Below are positions 17,013 to 26,059 of a stretch of 32,000 nt of DNA, one piece after another; within the stretch, counting starts at the first letter, position 1, and each line of letters opens with the position of its first letter. This DNA is from Andreesenia angusta. GTDB lineage: Bacteria; Bacillota; Clostridia; Tissierellales; Gottschalkiaceae. The DNA lies in assembly GCF_001855385.1 (NCBI RefSeq), contig NZ_MKIE01000001.1, positions 365,448-397,447 on the forward strand. The letters are read 5' to 3'. A program made the translations under genes and the position numbers. The notes beneath the pieces were generated by a model that saw only the letters and a program-made list of their open reading frames with translations, was not told the DNA's origin and did not search any database.

Positions 17013-18189
17013 CTGCACCAACTCCTCTTGTTATTCCAAGCTCTGCTCCTAAATCTTTCAAAACCTCCAGCGCCCACTCCAGTTCTTCTCTCTTGTGGGT
17101 CGCCATTATTGTCACCCTCAGTCTGCTTGTGTTTTTAGGAACCGTAGGCGGTCTAATGCACGGTATGTAGATTCTGCTCTCCATAAGCCTCCGGCTGAAC
17201 TCCATCCCCAGGTCTGAATCTCCCACCAGTATGGGTATTATAGGTGTAACTCCATCTGGAACTGAAAAGCCCATAGCCTGAAGTTCAGCCCTGAACCATG
17301 CGCTGTCTATCCTTAGCTTCTCTCTTGAAAAGCTTTCGCTTTCCACTATAGATATGGATGCTAGCGCTGTAGCCAATGTGGCAGGGGACAGCGCTGTAGA
17401 GTAGACGAAGCTCTTGGCCCTATGCCTCAGGTATTCCACTATCTCTTTTCTGGAAGCTATAAATCCCCCTTCTCCCCCCAGCGCCTTGCTGAGCGTCCCC
17501 ATCTGAATGTCCACTTCTCCTTCCAGCCCCAAATACTCCTCTGTGCCTCTTCCATGCTTTCCTATGACACCTGTGGCGTGGGCGTCGTCAACCATAGTCA
17601 TAGCCCCGTGACGCTTGGCTATGCGCAGTATGTCTTTAAGAGGGGCTATGTTCCCATCCATGCTGAAAACTCCGTCTGTGACCACAAGGTTGTTTTTGCC
17701 CTTGTACCGTTTCAGTTTTTTCTCCAGGTCCTTTATGTCGCAGTGTTTGTAGACCACGAATTTAGCTTTGCTCAGCCTGCACCCGTCCACTATGCTTGCG
17801 TGGTTCAGGCGATCCGAGAACACTGTCCAGCTCTCGTCTGTAAGGCCAGATATAGTCCCTAGATTCGCCATATATCCGGTGTTGTAGACCATGCCACACT
17901 CTCTTTTTTTGAAGCTTGCTATCCTCTCCTCAAGCTCCCTGTGGAGTGCCATGCTTCCCGTGGTCAGCCTGGACCCTCCACTCCCTACACCGTACGTTTT
18001 TACGGCCTCTATTGCAGCTTCTTTCAGCCGCTCGTCATTGCACAGCCCCAGGTAGTTGTTAGACGAAAGCAGTAGCACTCTTCTCCCGTCTATTACTGCA
18101 CTGGAGCCTTGCGCCGAATTTATATACCTTAGCTCCCGATATCCTCCGCTTCGCTTTATATTTTCAATCTTCTGCCCTATCGAATCCAT
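17005..18189 (-). CDS. bioF: 8-amino-7-oxononanoate synthase
   Basis: PLP-lysine motif GTLSKALGGEGG and DDAHATG. ATG 18189 follows GGAGGA; the ORF is open to TTG 18201. Confidence 0.9.
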   Translation of the reverse strand: MDSIGQKIENIKRSGGYRELRYINSAQGSSAVIDGRRVLLLSSNNYLGLCNDERLKEAAIEAVKTYGVGSGGSRLTTGSMALHRELEERIASFKKRECGMVYNTGYMANLGTISGLTDESWTVFSDRLNHASIVDGCRLSKAKFVVYKHCDIKDLEKKLKRYKGKNNLVVTDGVFSMDGNIAPLKDILRIAKRHGAMTMVDDAHATGVIGKHGRGTEEYLGLEGEVDIQMGTLSKALGGEGGFIASRKEIVEYLRHRAKSFVYSTALSPATLATALASISIVESESFSREKLRIDSAWFRAELQAMGFSVPDGVTPIIPILVGDSDLGMEFSRRLMESRIYIPCIRPPTVPKNTSRLRVTIMATHKREELEWALEVLKDLGAELGITRGVGADG

Positions 18190-18248
18190 CTTTTCCTCCA
18201 AAACAGCTATGTAGTTAGAATAAAATAAGTCTATTTTAAAAACCAGTC

Positions 18249-18282
18249 ATTGTCAACCTATTTTATTATTTAAGTTGACAAT
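18249..18282. promoter_or_regulatory. BirA-type biotin operator (bioO) overlapping the bio promoter -35
   Basis: Perfect 9-bp inverted repeat: ATTGTCAAC (18249-18257) and GTTGACAAT (18274-18282), separated by 16 AT-rich nt. This matches the TGT(T/C)AAC-N-GTT(A/G)ACA operator pattern of Firmicute BirA. On the minus strand, TTGACA-17 nt-TAGACT follows. Confidence 0.6.
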
Positions 18283-18328
18283 CATTTTTGATATAATGTA
18301 CTTATCAATTATATCGGAGGTGCTTGGA

Positions 18329-18820
18329 ATGAATTATGCTTTTAGCTATTCTACTTGCGCAGGTGATGTGGTGATTGTGGAAGACGGCAGCTCTGTAACA
18401 TCTATCTTTTTCGGAAACGACATTCCCCCAGACGCAGTCTATTCCGAAACCCCTCTCTTGAAAAAAGCCTTCAACCAGGTACAAGAATACCTGCGAGGCG
18501 ACAGGAGGGAATTCAGCTTACCAATAAAGCTTGAGGGAACCGACTTCCAGAAAGCTGTGTGGGACGCTCTCCTATCCATTCCATACGGCGAGACGAAAAG
18601 CTACAGCGAAATAGCTTCAGCTGTTGGGAATCCACGTTCTCAAAGAGCTGTAGGCTCTGCTTGCTCTAAAAACCCCATTCTCTTGGTGGTCCCTTGCCAC
18701 CGTGTAGTGAGCTCATCTGGAGCCACTTCAGGGTATGCGGCAGGAGTGGCTTTAAAAGAGAAGCTCCTGGAACTTGAAAAAAGAATTTCTCAAAGTTTTG
18801 ATTCAAGTCACATAGTATAG
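18329..18820 (+). CDS. ogt: Methylated-DNA--protein-cysteine methyltransferase
   Basis: Active site VPCHRVV and YGETKSYSEIA. ATG 18329 follows the SD GGAGGTG. An extended -10 TGATATAAT lies upstream. Confidence 0.85.
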   Translation: MNYAFSYSTCAGDVVIVEDGSSVTSIFFGNDIPPDAVYSETPLLKKAFNQVQEYLRGDRREFSLPIKLEGTDFQKAVWDALLSIPYGETKSYSEIASAVGNPRSQRAVGSACSKNPILLVVPCHRVVSSSGATSGYAAGVALKEKLLELEKRISQSFDSSHIV

Positions 18821-18868
18821 GTATATTTAGTAATATAATGTATCTATATTGATATGGAGGGGATAATC

Positions 18869-19588
18869 ATGAGTGAAGAAAACAGAACGAGTATAGACAC
18901 CTCTCTTTCCCTTGGAGAGATAGTGCTGAGTTTTCCGGATTCTGTAGAGCTATTCAACATGTACAAGCTGGACTACTGCTGCGGAGGTGACCAGAAGCTT
19001 TCGGAAGCTTTCGAGGATTTGAAGGGCGAAGGCGTGGACACAGATAAGCTGCTTGAAGAGCTAAACAGAAAGTACAGCGCTTTTCTTGAAAAGAAAGAAG
19101 AGATAAGAGACTGGAGAAGTGAAACTCCATCGGGCCTTATAGAGCATATACTGAACACACACCACGTATATACAAAAAAGACGTTGCAAGAGCTCGACGA
19201 CATGGTTTTAAAGATCTTGAAGGTTCACTTCAAGGATTATAGCGAAGAACTTCTAGTGGTTCACTCTCTCTTCGGTTCTCTGAAGACAGAACTTGAAGCT
19301 CATCTCATAAAAGAAGAAGAACAGCTTTTCCCAATGATCTTGAGCTATGAAAGCAGCAGCGACGAGTCTCTGCTCTCAGATATAAGAAAGTTCATCTCTG
19401 AAACCGAGTCAGAGCATGACGCTGCAGGGGATATTCTAAAGGAGCTTGAAGAGGTGACAAGAGACTTCACTCCACCTGATGGAACCTGCACCACTTTCAA
19501 GAGGGCTTATATGACTCTTGATGACTTGGAAAAAGATATCTTTACACATATACATCTCGAAAACAGCGTGCTTTTCAAGATGTTTTAG
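18869..19588 (+). CDS. ric: Iron-sulfur cluster repair di-iron protein (RIC/ScdA/YtfE family)
   Basis: N-terminal LDYCCGG (ScdA_N) and hemerythrin-like H/E motifs (HHVYTKK, HLIKEEEQLFP, SEHDAAG, HIHLEN). ATG 18869 follows GGAGGGG. Confidence 0.85.
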   Translation: MSEENRTSIDTSLSLGEIVLSFPDSVELFNMYKLDYCCGGDQKLSEAFEDLKGEGVDTDKLLEELNRKYSAFLEKKEEIRDWRSETPSGLIEHILNTHHVYTKKTLQELDDMVLKILKVHFKDYSEELLVVHSLFGSLKTELEAHLIKEEEQLFPMILSYESSSDESLLSDIRKFISETESEHDAAGDILKELEEVTRDFTPPDGTCTTFKRAYMTLDDLEKDIFTHIHLENSVLFKMF

Positions 19589-19636
19589 AAAGCCAGACAT
19601 AGAGACAAAGCTCTATGTCCGGCTTTCTTGTTTTCA
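19588..19636 (+). terminator. Rho-independent terminator after ric
   Basis: GAAAGCCAGACATAGAG and CTCTATGTCCGGCTTTC form a 17-bp stem with one mismatch and a 6-nt loop, followed by TTGTTTTC. Confidence 0.65.
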
Positions 19637-19659
19637 ATTTTTCTAAAGGAGGAGATTTT

Positions 19660-20490
19660 TTGTTGAAAATAGGATGCCACCTGTCCACTTCCAAAGGCTT
19701 TAAAGCCATGGGAGTTCAGGCGCTCAACATAGACGCAAACACGTTTCAGTTTTTCACCAGAAACCCAAGAGGAGGTAAGGCAAAGGCCATAGACGAATCC
19801 GATGTAGAGTCTCTGCTTGAGATAGTCTCAGAGCATGAGTTTGCATCTCTGCTGGCTCACGCACCGTATACGCTAAACCCCTGCTCCAACTCTGAAAGCA
19901 CAAGGGAGTTTGCGCTTCAGGTCATGGAAGACGACCTTCGCCGTATGGAGTACCTTCCTGGAAACCTCTACAATTTTCACCCTGGAAGCCATGTGAAGCA
20001 AGGTGTAGATCTGGGCATAGAGCTTATAGTTGAGACGCTGAACAGCGTGCTTAAGCCCGAGCACAGGACGACCGTACTGCTGGAGACCATGTCGGGAAAG
20101 GGTACAGAAGTCGGAAAGACTTTTGAAGAGCTCAAGAGGATTATAGACGGTGTAAAGCTCTCAGACAAGATGGGAGTCTGCTTAGACACCTGCCATGTCT
20201 ACGATGCCGGCTACGACATAGTGAACGACCTAGATGGAGTTCTAGCTGAGTTCGACAGCATCATAGGGCTTGAAAAACTTAAAGCCATTCACCTAAATGA
20301 CAGCAAGAACCCGTTCAAGAGCCATAAAGACCGCCACGAAAAGATAGGAGAAGGCCATATAGGCTTTGAAGCAATAGAGAGAATTGTGAACCACTCTGCT
20401 CTTCGCGATCTGCCGTTTTTCCTTGAAACCCCAAATGAGATACCTGGATACGCCGACGAAATACGTGCGCTTAGAAGCGTATATCGCTAG
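19660..20490 (+). CDS. nfo: Endonuclease IV (deoxyribonuclease IV)
   Basis: (M)LKIGCHLS N-terminus like Nfo, with [19 protein letters not shown] and HLNDSK metal-ligand motifs. TTG 19660 or 19663 follows the SD AAGGAGGAG. The upstream ATG 19615 lies inside the terminator. Confidence 0.9.
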   Translation: MLKIGCHLSTSKGFKAMGVQALNIDANTFQFFTRNPRGGKAKAIDESDVESLLEIVSEHEFASLLAHAPYTLNPCSNSESTREFALQVMEDDLRRMEYLPGNLYNFHPGSHVKQGVDLGIELIVETLNSVLKPEHRTTVLLETMSGKGTEVGKTFEELKRIIDGVKLSDKMGVCLDTCHVYDAGYDIVNDLDGVLAEFDSIIGLEKLKAIHLNDSKNPFKSHKDRHEKIGEGHIGFEAIERIVNHSALRDLPFFLETPNEIPGYADEIRALRSVYR

Positions 20491-20501
20491 GGACGGATAA
20501 T

Positions 20502-22097
20502 ATGAGACTCTATTTTCTGATAATGGCCCCTATCTTCCTAGGCCTTTTTATGTATGTCCACCCTCTTAGAAAGCTACAGAATGCCACTATCTTGGTGCAG
20601 TCAATTATGCTCTGGGTAGCTTTCGGGAACTTCTTTTCCATAAAGATGTCTGGATCTCCTATTACAGCTAGTCTAGGGGATGACAGTGTGCTTGGGATAG
20701 CCCTTCAAAGCGACCTTGTCTCGTCAGTATTTGTCATACTTATAACAGCGCTGTTCTTGATATTCAGCATATACCTCTACGACAGCTTGCTTGAAAACGA
20801 GATGTTCCTCTTTCTCTTTTTCTCAGTCGAAAGCATGATAATACTGACTTTCCTTTCTTTGGACCTTTTTAATGTTTTTTTGGCAATCGAAATTTCGACC
20901 ATACTCGCCGCGCTTCTCATAACTCTAAAGCGAGAGCGGCGCTCCATGTATGACGGAATGATTTTTCTGATGACCAATACAGTGGGAGCCCTGTTCTTCC
21001 TCCTGGGAGTCGCAATGCTCTACAAGACTTTCGGAGTTTTAGACATATTCGAGATAAAGAAGCTTATGTACGGTGTTTCTCCGCGAGCAGTTTTGATTCC
21101 ATACTCGCTTATAATGACAGGGATTTCTGTCAAATGCGCTTTTATGCCTGTGTTCAGCTGGCTTCCAAAAGCACATGGAACTCCTGGAGCTCCGCCTGTA
21201 GTGTCCGCTATGCTCTCTGGAGTTTATATAAAAAGCGGACTATATATCTACATAAAGCTGAGGGACATGTTTCTTCCGGCCGTGGATATGGACGAGTTCT
21301 TTATTCTAGTCGGACTGCTGACTTCTGTGCTGGGAATTGTATTCGCACTTATGCAGGTCGACATGAAGCTGATACTGGCTTACTCCACCATATCCCAAAT
21401 GGGGCTTATACTTGTGGCCGTATCTATAAGCGACAGCTACACCAAGGCTGGAGGTCTTCTTCACATAATGAACCATGCCATGTTCAAGTCGCTGCTCTTT
21501 ATGGCCTCTGGGATGATAGCCTATCAGTACAAGACACGGAATATAAACAAGATACGCGGTGTCTTCAGAAAGCTTCCTATCACCAGCTTCGCCATGATAT
21601 TTGGGATACTTGGAGTGACCGGTGCCCCGCTTCTAAACGGAAGTCTCTCTAAGTACTTTATACAGTCCGGCATAAAAGGCGCTTGGATAGAGTCTTTTAT
21701 GGTGTTCATAAACTTCGGGACAATGCTCTACTTTGTGAAATTTGGAACTATGCTGATACCAAAGCCAATCTGCAATACCACTGAAAGCGAAAACCCTTAC
21801 AGAGAGCTTGCGCTGGGGCTGCTTGGGATGGCTTGCCTCTTAACAGGACTTGGGGCGTCGTTTATCTCTAGCTATTTTCTAGACATACATGTAGAAGTGG
21901 ATATCTACTCTTATCTAGAGAAAGTCGCCCTATGGATAGTTCTAATAGTGATTAGCTTGATAGTATACTCTTTATTTGTGCACAAGAGACCATTTTTTGA
22001 GGAATCCCCAAGAATAGACCTTTCTTTTAACAATATCTCACTTTCAATAGTGATACTGTTTTTTGTAATTCTAGGTTCGGCATACTTTACAATATAA
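20502..22097 (+). CDS. Complex I subunit 5 / Mrp antiporter subunit D-like proton-conducting membrane protein (orphan)
   Basis: 531 aa, polytopic. Proton_antipo_M hallmarks are present: NVFLAIEIST (TM5 Glu), SVKCAFMPVFSWLPKAH (TM7 Lys) and NHAMFKSLLFMASG (TM12 Lys). Confidence 0.8.
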   Translation: MRLYFLIMAPIFLGLFMYVHPLRKLQNATILVQSIMLWVAFGNFFSIKMSGSPITASLGDDSVLGIALQSDLVSSVFVILITALFLIFSIYLYDSLLENEMFLFLFFSVESMIILTFLSLDLFNVFLAIEISTILAALLITLKRERRSMYDGMIFLMTNTVGALFFLLGVAMLYKTFGVLDIFEIKKLMYGVSPRAVLIPYSLIMTGISVKCAFMPVFSWLPKAHGTPGAPPVVSAMLSGVYIKSGLYIYIKLRDMFLPAVDMDEFFILVGLLTSVLGIVFALMQVDMKLILAYSTISQMGLILVAVSISDSYTKAGGLLHIMNHAMFKSLLFMASGMIAYQYKTRNINKIRGVFRKLPITSFAMIFGILGVTGAPLLNGSLSKYFIQSGIKGAWIESFMVFINFGTMLYFVKFGTMLIPKPICNTTESENPYRELALGLLGMACLLTGLGASFISSYFLDIHVEVDIYSYLEKVALWIVLIVISLIVYSLFVHKRPFFEESPRIDLSFNNISLSIVILFFVILGSAYFTI

Positions 22098-22129
22098 AAA
22101 ATCCAGCTCAATGCAAGCTGGATTTTTTA
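22096..22129. terminator. Bidirectional terminator between convergent genes
   Basis: ATCCAGCT (22101-22108) pairs with AGCTGGAT (22116-22123) across a 7-nt loop. A5 lies on the left and T6 on the right. Confidence 0.7.
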
Positions 22130-22140
22130 CATGCTCTTAG

Positions 22141-24960
22141 CTATTTAATTGAAAAGTAAATCATCTTTGCAACTTCCGACCTTTGAGCGCTGTTCCCCGG
22201 TCTGAAAGTCTTGTCGTCATACCCGTTTACTATTCCCTTCTCCACAGAAAGCGCCACATATGGAGCTGCCCACTCCGGTATGCTGTCTTTGTCAGCAAAG
22301 TCCACCGGGTAGCTAGAATCCTGCTTTAAGCTTCGTCCTATTATGGTTACTATCTCGGCCCTGCTTATGTTGGCCTTTGGATTAAATCTCTTGTTTCCAT
22401 CTTCGTCTACATATCCTTCTATTATGCCTGCCTCGTAGGCCGCATATACATATGGCTTAGCCCATTCGTCTATATAGCTGTCGTCTGCAAACTTAAAGCT
22501 GCTGTTTGAAACTATGTCTATGTTCTGCGAAGCCACTATCAGCTTTGCGAACTCCTGTCTAGTTATATTGCTTTCAGGATAATATCTGCGAGCTCCGCTT
22601 CCGTCTATCGAGCCGCTTACAACTCCCATCTCATAGAGCTTCATGACGTACTCTTCACTCCAGTTACCCTTCAAATCCTTGAAGACAGATTTGTCTTCCA
22701 CAGGTTTTTCTGGTTCTTCTCCTGGGTCGACTACAATGTTTCCGTAGATTGCAGTTATATCGTCTATATAGATTGCGCCTGCTCCCTTTTTGCTGGTGCT
22801 CGTCTCCATATACCTCACGATTAAGTCTAGTTTTATAGGAGCCACCTTGCCTTCAGGAATCTTTGCCTCCACGTACTTCCAGCCTGTCCAGTCGACTCCT
22901 GGACTTGAAGTTGTAAAGTCCACTGTAAATGGTTCGTTGTTGCCGTCTCTAAATTGAGATCGAAGCCAATGTCCTTTTCCGTCCCCATATACCCACATGC
23001 CGACTTTAGTTGGGTATTCAGGTATATCTATATAGCTTTTGGCCTTGGCGTAAACGCCTGAAGTCCCCGGCTTGCCCGTGAAGTCGTAGGATATTTTCAT
23101 CGAGCTGTTTCCACTTCTCACCGGCGCTCCTGAAGCTTTAGACGCAAGTGATAAGTCTATGCTGTTGTACTCTGCGCCGGCTTTTATCCACTTGTCGACT
23201 CCGCTTTCAAACCCCTCCAGCGAAACCGGCAGCTTTCCAACGCTCACCTTAACTTCTGTTTTGACGCCTCCAATCGTCGCGACTACCTTCCCATTTAATC
23301 CCGATTTGTCTTTGGCCGTAAAAACTCCGTTTCCATCCACTGTGCCTATATCGCCTTCGACAGTCCAGGTAAAGGAGCTGTCGCTTACAACCACTTTTTT
23401 GCCGTCAACATAGGCCTCTGCATTCAAGTCTATTTTCTTTCCAGGGTCTACAGATACAGAGCTGTGAGACAGCTTTATCTCGTCTACCTTTGAAACTACC
23501 TCTACAGGTATCTCTCCGGCCGCTCCGCCACTTAGCGCTTTTATCTTTCCGCTTGCACCTGAGCTTGAAGCCTTAAATCTACCCGTACTGCTTATCTCTC
23601 CTACTCCGCCTTCTGTAGCCCAGAACACAGTGTCGCTTATCTGGGCTGGATTGTAGTACTTATCCGCACCTTTCACGCTCAAGCTGTATTCACTTCCCGC
23701 GAATACTCTGAGCTTGGAAGGCGATATGACAAGTTTCTCAAGCGCGCCGCTAGGAGCTGTGCTTATAAATAAAAGCCCATTTGCGTTCGCTCTCTCTTTT
23801 CCGTCGGAAGGCCTGTTTACAAGCGATACACCTTCTTCACCAGGCTGTCTGGTGGCAAAAGTTGTAGATCCTCCTCCGTCAAGGTTCAGGGCGTTTACAA
23901 CTCCCATCTCCTTCATCATGACTGCCAGATCTCTAAGCGATATGCCCTCGCTGAATCCTGCTTGCCTTCCATCTACAGCCAGTGCAACTATCTTGCCGTC
24001 TGACTTTACACCTATTGCCGTTCTAGGATTTTTCGTATTGTCCAGCCCTTCTTGGACTACTCCATTTTTCAGAAGTATATCCCTTCCTCCAATGGCTTCA
24101 ACCGTGTTGGCCCACTGTCCATCTACCTTGAAGTCCATGCTGACTGTTTCGCCTACCTTCAGTTTTCTGAGCTTGTCTCTCTTTTCTCCATGCCCAGACA
24201 GCACCACAAATCCATCTCTAAGCGCGGCACTTCCTTTCTCGTCTATTATCTCCACTACCTCGGCCGTCATAGTCTTTCCAGCTTCTGGTCTGCCAGATAA
24301 GACTTTAAGCACCACTTCTGTTCCGTATTCATTTGTCCTCGTGTTCTCAGCGTATTTAGGAGTGTAGAGTATCAAGTCTGAGACGCTTCTATTTTTGTTC
24401 ACATGGTTTATCTTTACCTTCTCTGTCGCCATGCTGTCTGCCGAAAAGCTTATGTCAAACTCAGGCGTGCCTATGACTGTATAGTCGCTTTTGTTGAAGC
24501 CTATAGCATGCCAGTTAGATGAAGTGGCCACTATCTCGCCGTCCATTATCATCATGCCTATAGGTATGCCTGACGGGATATCGTAAAAGTCTCCATTTAT
24601 AGCTCCTACAACTGGGTTTCCGCCAGTGTAGAACGTGTTTGCCATTCCTGTAGTAGTCTGATGGCCTGCGAGCTTCCCGTTTGAAAGGCTAGTCGCCACC
24701 TTGAAGTACTCGTTGTAAGGGTCCATCTCCAGCTTGTACACTTTCTGGACTCCAGAGCTTCCTTCCACCTCGTATATAGTCTGATGCATATCGGGGCCTA
24801 TTGTCTTAGTGCTCTCGTCCACCACTCTCCCAATCGAAAGTGACTCTCCGGAAGCAAACGCCACCTCCTGTAAAACAGCTATATTTCCTGCACTTCCAAG
24901 CATAATTGCCGCTGAAAGAGCTACCGCAATACCTCTTTTAATCTTTATTCTAAAGCTCAA
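22141..24960 (-). CDS. Secreted SLH-anchored surface protein with phosphodiester glycosidase (NAGPA/DUF2233-like) domain and Big_2-like Ig repeats
   Basis: Signal peptide RGIAVALSAAIMLGSAGNIAV...AFA. INGDFYD and ALNLDGGGSTTFA motifs. Ig-like repeats are present. Three C-terminal SLH repeats: FKDLKGNWSEEYV, FADDSYIDEWAKPYV and FADKDSIPEWAAPYV. The TTG start overlaps the upstream stop (TTGA). Confidence 0.85.
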   Translation of the reverse strand: MSFRIKIKRGIAVALSAAIMLGSAGNIAVLQEVAFASGESLSIGRVVDESTKTIGPDMHQTIYEVEGSSGVQKVYKLEMDPYNEYFKVATSLSNGKLAGHQTTTGMANTFYTGGNPVVGAINGDFYDIPSGIPIGMMIMDGEIVATSSNWHAIGFNKSDYTVIGTPEFDISFSADSMATEKVKINHVNKNRSVSDLILYTPKYAENTRTNEYGTEVVLKVLSGRPEAGKTMTAEVVEIIDEKGSAALRDGFVVLSGHGEKRDKLRKLKVGETVSMDFKVDGQWANTVEAIGGRDILLKNGVVQEGLDNTKNPRTAIGVKSDGKIVALAVDGRQAGFSEGISLRDLAVMMKEMGVVNALNLDGGGSTTFATRQPGEEGVSLVNRPSDGKERANANGLLFISTAPSGALEKLVISPSKLRVFAGSEYSLSVKGADKYYNPAQISDTVFWATEGGVGEISSTGRFKASSSGASGKIKALSGGAAGEIPVEVVSKVDEIKLSHSSVSVDPGKKIDLNAEAYVDGKKVVVSDSSFTWTVEGDIGTVDGNGVFTAKDKSGLNGKVVATIGGVKTEVKVSVGKLPVSLEGFESGVDKWIKAGAEYNSIDLSLASKASGAPVRSGNSSMKISYDFTGKPGTSGVYAKAKSYIDIPEYPTKVGMWVYGDGKGHWLRSQFRDGNNEPFTVDFTTSSPGVDWTGWKYVEAKIPEGKVAPIKLDLIVRYMETSTSKKGAGAIYIDDITAIYGNIVVDPGEEPEKPVEDKSVFKDLKGNWSEEYVMKLYEMGVVSGSIDGSGARRYYPESNITRQEFAKLIVASQNIDIVSNSSFKFADDSYIDEWAKPYVYAAYEAGIIEGYVDEDGNKRFNPKANISRAEIVTIIGRSLKQDSSYPVDFADKDSIPEWAAPYVALSVEKGIVNGYDDKTFRPGNSAQRSEVAKMIYFSIK

Positions 24961-25457
24961 CTCTCCACATCCTCTCCGTTTATTTTCGCCTTCAATTTTT
25001 TTGCAAATATATCTATTTCTTTCTCGTTAAGAGTTGTATAGTCTTCTTTTATCTGAAAAACTTTTTTGAACAAGAGCTTTTTTATAAACCCAAGCTTCTG
25101 TAGATCTATCCCATGACCTAGATGTGCTGTGCAGAAACTGGTCTGTAAAAGGTCGAATCTAAAGTTGGCTGTAAAATATTTTTTAGAGTTGTCTCCTTCT
25201 TCTCTTGAGCAGATATAGACTCCATGGTTTCTCTTCATTATCTCCTCTAGGTTTTTCTCAATGAAGGACTTAAGCTCTTTTGAAACTTTCCCTGCATAGA
25301 TTCCCGAGCCCAGTATTATATTGTCATAGTTCTCTACATACCCCCGCTCCCTCTTTAAGTCTATCAAGTCCACTTCTCCGCCTATCTTCTTTTTGAGCTC
25401 TGTTGCCGCTTTTTCAGCAGTTCCATGCTCTGATGTGTAGAATATTCCTGTTTTCAT
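24957..25457 (-). CDS. Flavodoxin-domain protein (HemG-like short flavodoxin family)
   Basis: MKTGIFYTSEHGTAEKAA N-terminal FMN phosphate loop-like motif and ILGSGIYAGK. 166 aa. Confidence 0.65.
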   Translation of the reverse strand: MKTGIFYTSEHGTAEKAATELKKKIGGEVDLIDLKRERGYVENYDNIILGSGIYAGKVSKELKSFIEKNLEEIMKRNHGVYICSREEGDNSKKYFTANFRFDLLQTSFCTAHLGHGIDLQKLGFIKKLLFKKVFQIKEDYTTLNEKEIDIFAKKLKAKINGEDVES

Positions 25458-25469
25458 CTTTTTCCTCCT

Positions 25470-25937
25470 CTATATCTCCATATCTTCTCTTGGGCTTTTG
25501 ATTAGATTGTTGACTCCAAGCCCTATAATAGAGCCCATAAAAGTCTCCGTTATTCTTCTCAATCCATATATCCAGCCCGTGTTTGCATCGTTCAAATAGA
25601 CAACTGCAAAAAAAACTATACAGCCCGGAATTATCGATGGATGCTTCTTCAGCAGATTTATTATGTATATAACAGGGATAACTCCCAAGGCTTGAATGGC
25701 TACATTTTCTGTAAGAAAGGAAACCAGCATCCCAAATACCCCTCCTATAAATGTGCCTAAGTTCCTCATCAACGCAGCTTCAAAGGACTTCTCCATAGTC
25801 CTCTCCATAGATACAACCGCTCCTATGCAGGCGAAAAATGGCGTGTCCCTAACTACGTATTCCATAAAGACTGCCGATATTGCGACTGCTATGGCTGACT
25901 TTATAATCCTCATACCTATCGGCGGCAGGCTTCTCAC
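25470..25937 (-). CDS. Aromatic acid exporter (ArAE_1/FUSC-like) family membrane protein, short form
   Basis: IGMRIIKSAIAVAISA...PFFACIGAVVSM...RNLGTFIGGVFG matches the ArAE N-terminal pattern. GTG 25937 lies 8 nt after the SD GGAGGTG; the ORF is open to 25970. Confidence 0.6.
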   Translation of the reverse strand: MRSLPPIGMRIIKSAIAVAISAVFMEYVVRDTPFFACIGAVVSMERTMEKSFEAALMRNLGTFIGGVFGMLVSFLTENVAIQALGVIPVIYIINLLKKHPSIIPGCIVFFAVVYLNDANTGWIYGLRRITETFMGSIIGLGVNNLIKSPREDMEI

Positions 25938-25993
25938 TTTACCAACACCTCCTTTAAACTGGCATTCCATATCTATTATACCCCTTTACAGTC

Positions 25994-26022
25994 TAGACAG
26001 ACAAGTTTATATGAGCTAGAAT
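25994..26022 (+). promoter_or_regulatory. Putative sigma-A promoter for the MFS transporter gene
   Basis: TAGACA (25994-25999), a 17-nt spacer, then TAGAAT (26017-26022), about 38 nt upstream of ATG 26060. Confidence 0.35.
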
Positions 26023-26059
26023 GGGTTTGTCTTTGACTGTGCGAGAAAGGAGTTTTTGT

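Noticed and set aside
18832-18850. AT-rich palindromes near promoters, as possible regulator operators (NsrR/Rrf2- or MarR/OhrR-type): AATATA-N7-TATATT upstream of ric, and CTGTTA-N9-TAACAG at 5093-5113 upstream of the OsmC-family gene.
   Set aside because: Six-bp AT-rich inverted repeats are expected by chance in AT-rich intergenic DNA. No cognate regulator gene is adjacent, and they do not match operator consensus sequences that I can recall with confidence.
20502-22097. The orphan antiporter-like subunit as DabB of a DabAB CO2-uptake system.
   Set aside because: No DabA (DUF2309, about 800-1000 aa) gene is adjacent or anywhere in the window, and the gene is flanked by nfo and a terminator. 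The idea is kept only as something to exclude by a genome-wide search.
21134-24367. Long alternative-frame ORFs inside the antiporter-like gene (21134-21652, plus strand) and antisense to the SLH protein gene (23714-24367, plus strand).
   Set aside because: Both overlap CDS with clear family motifs. Their translations are Ser/Pro/Thr- or Arg/Cys-rich with no recognisable domain and no RBS.
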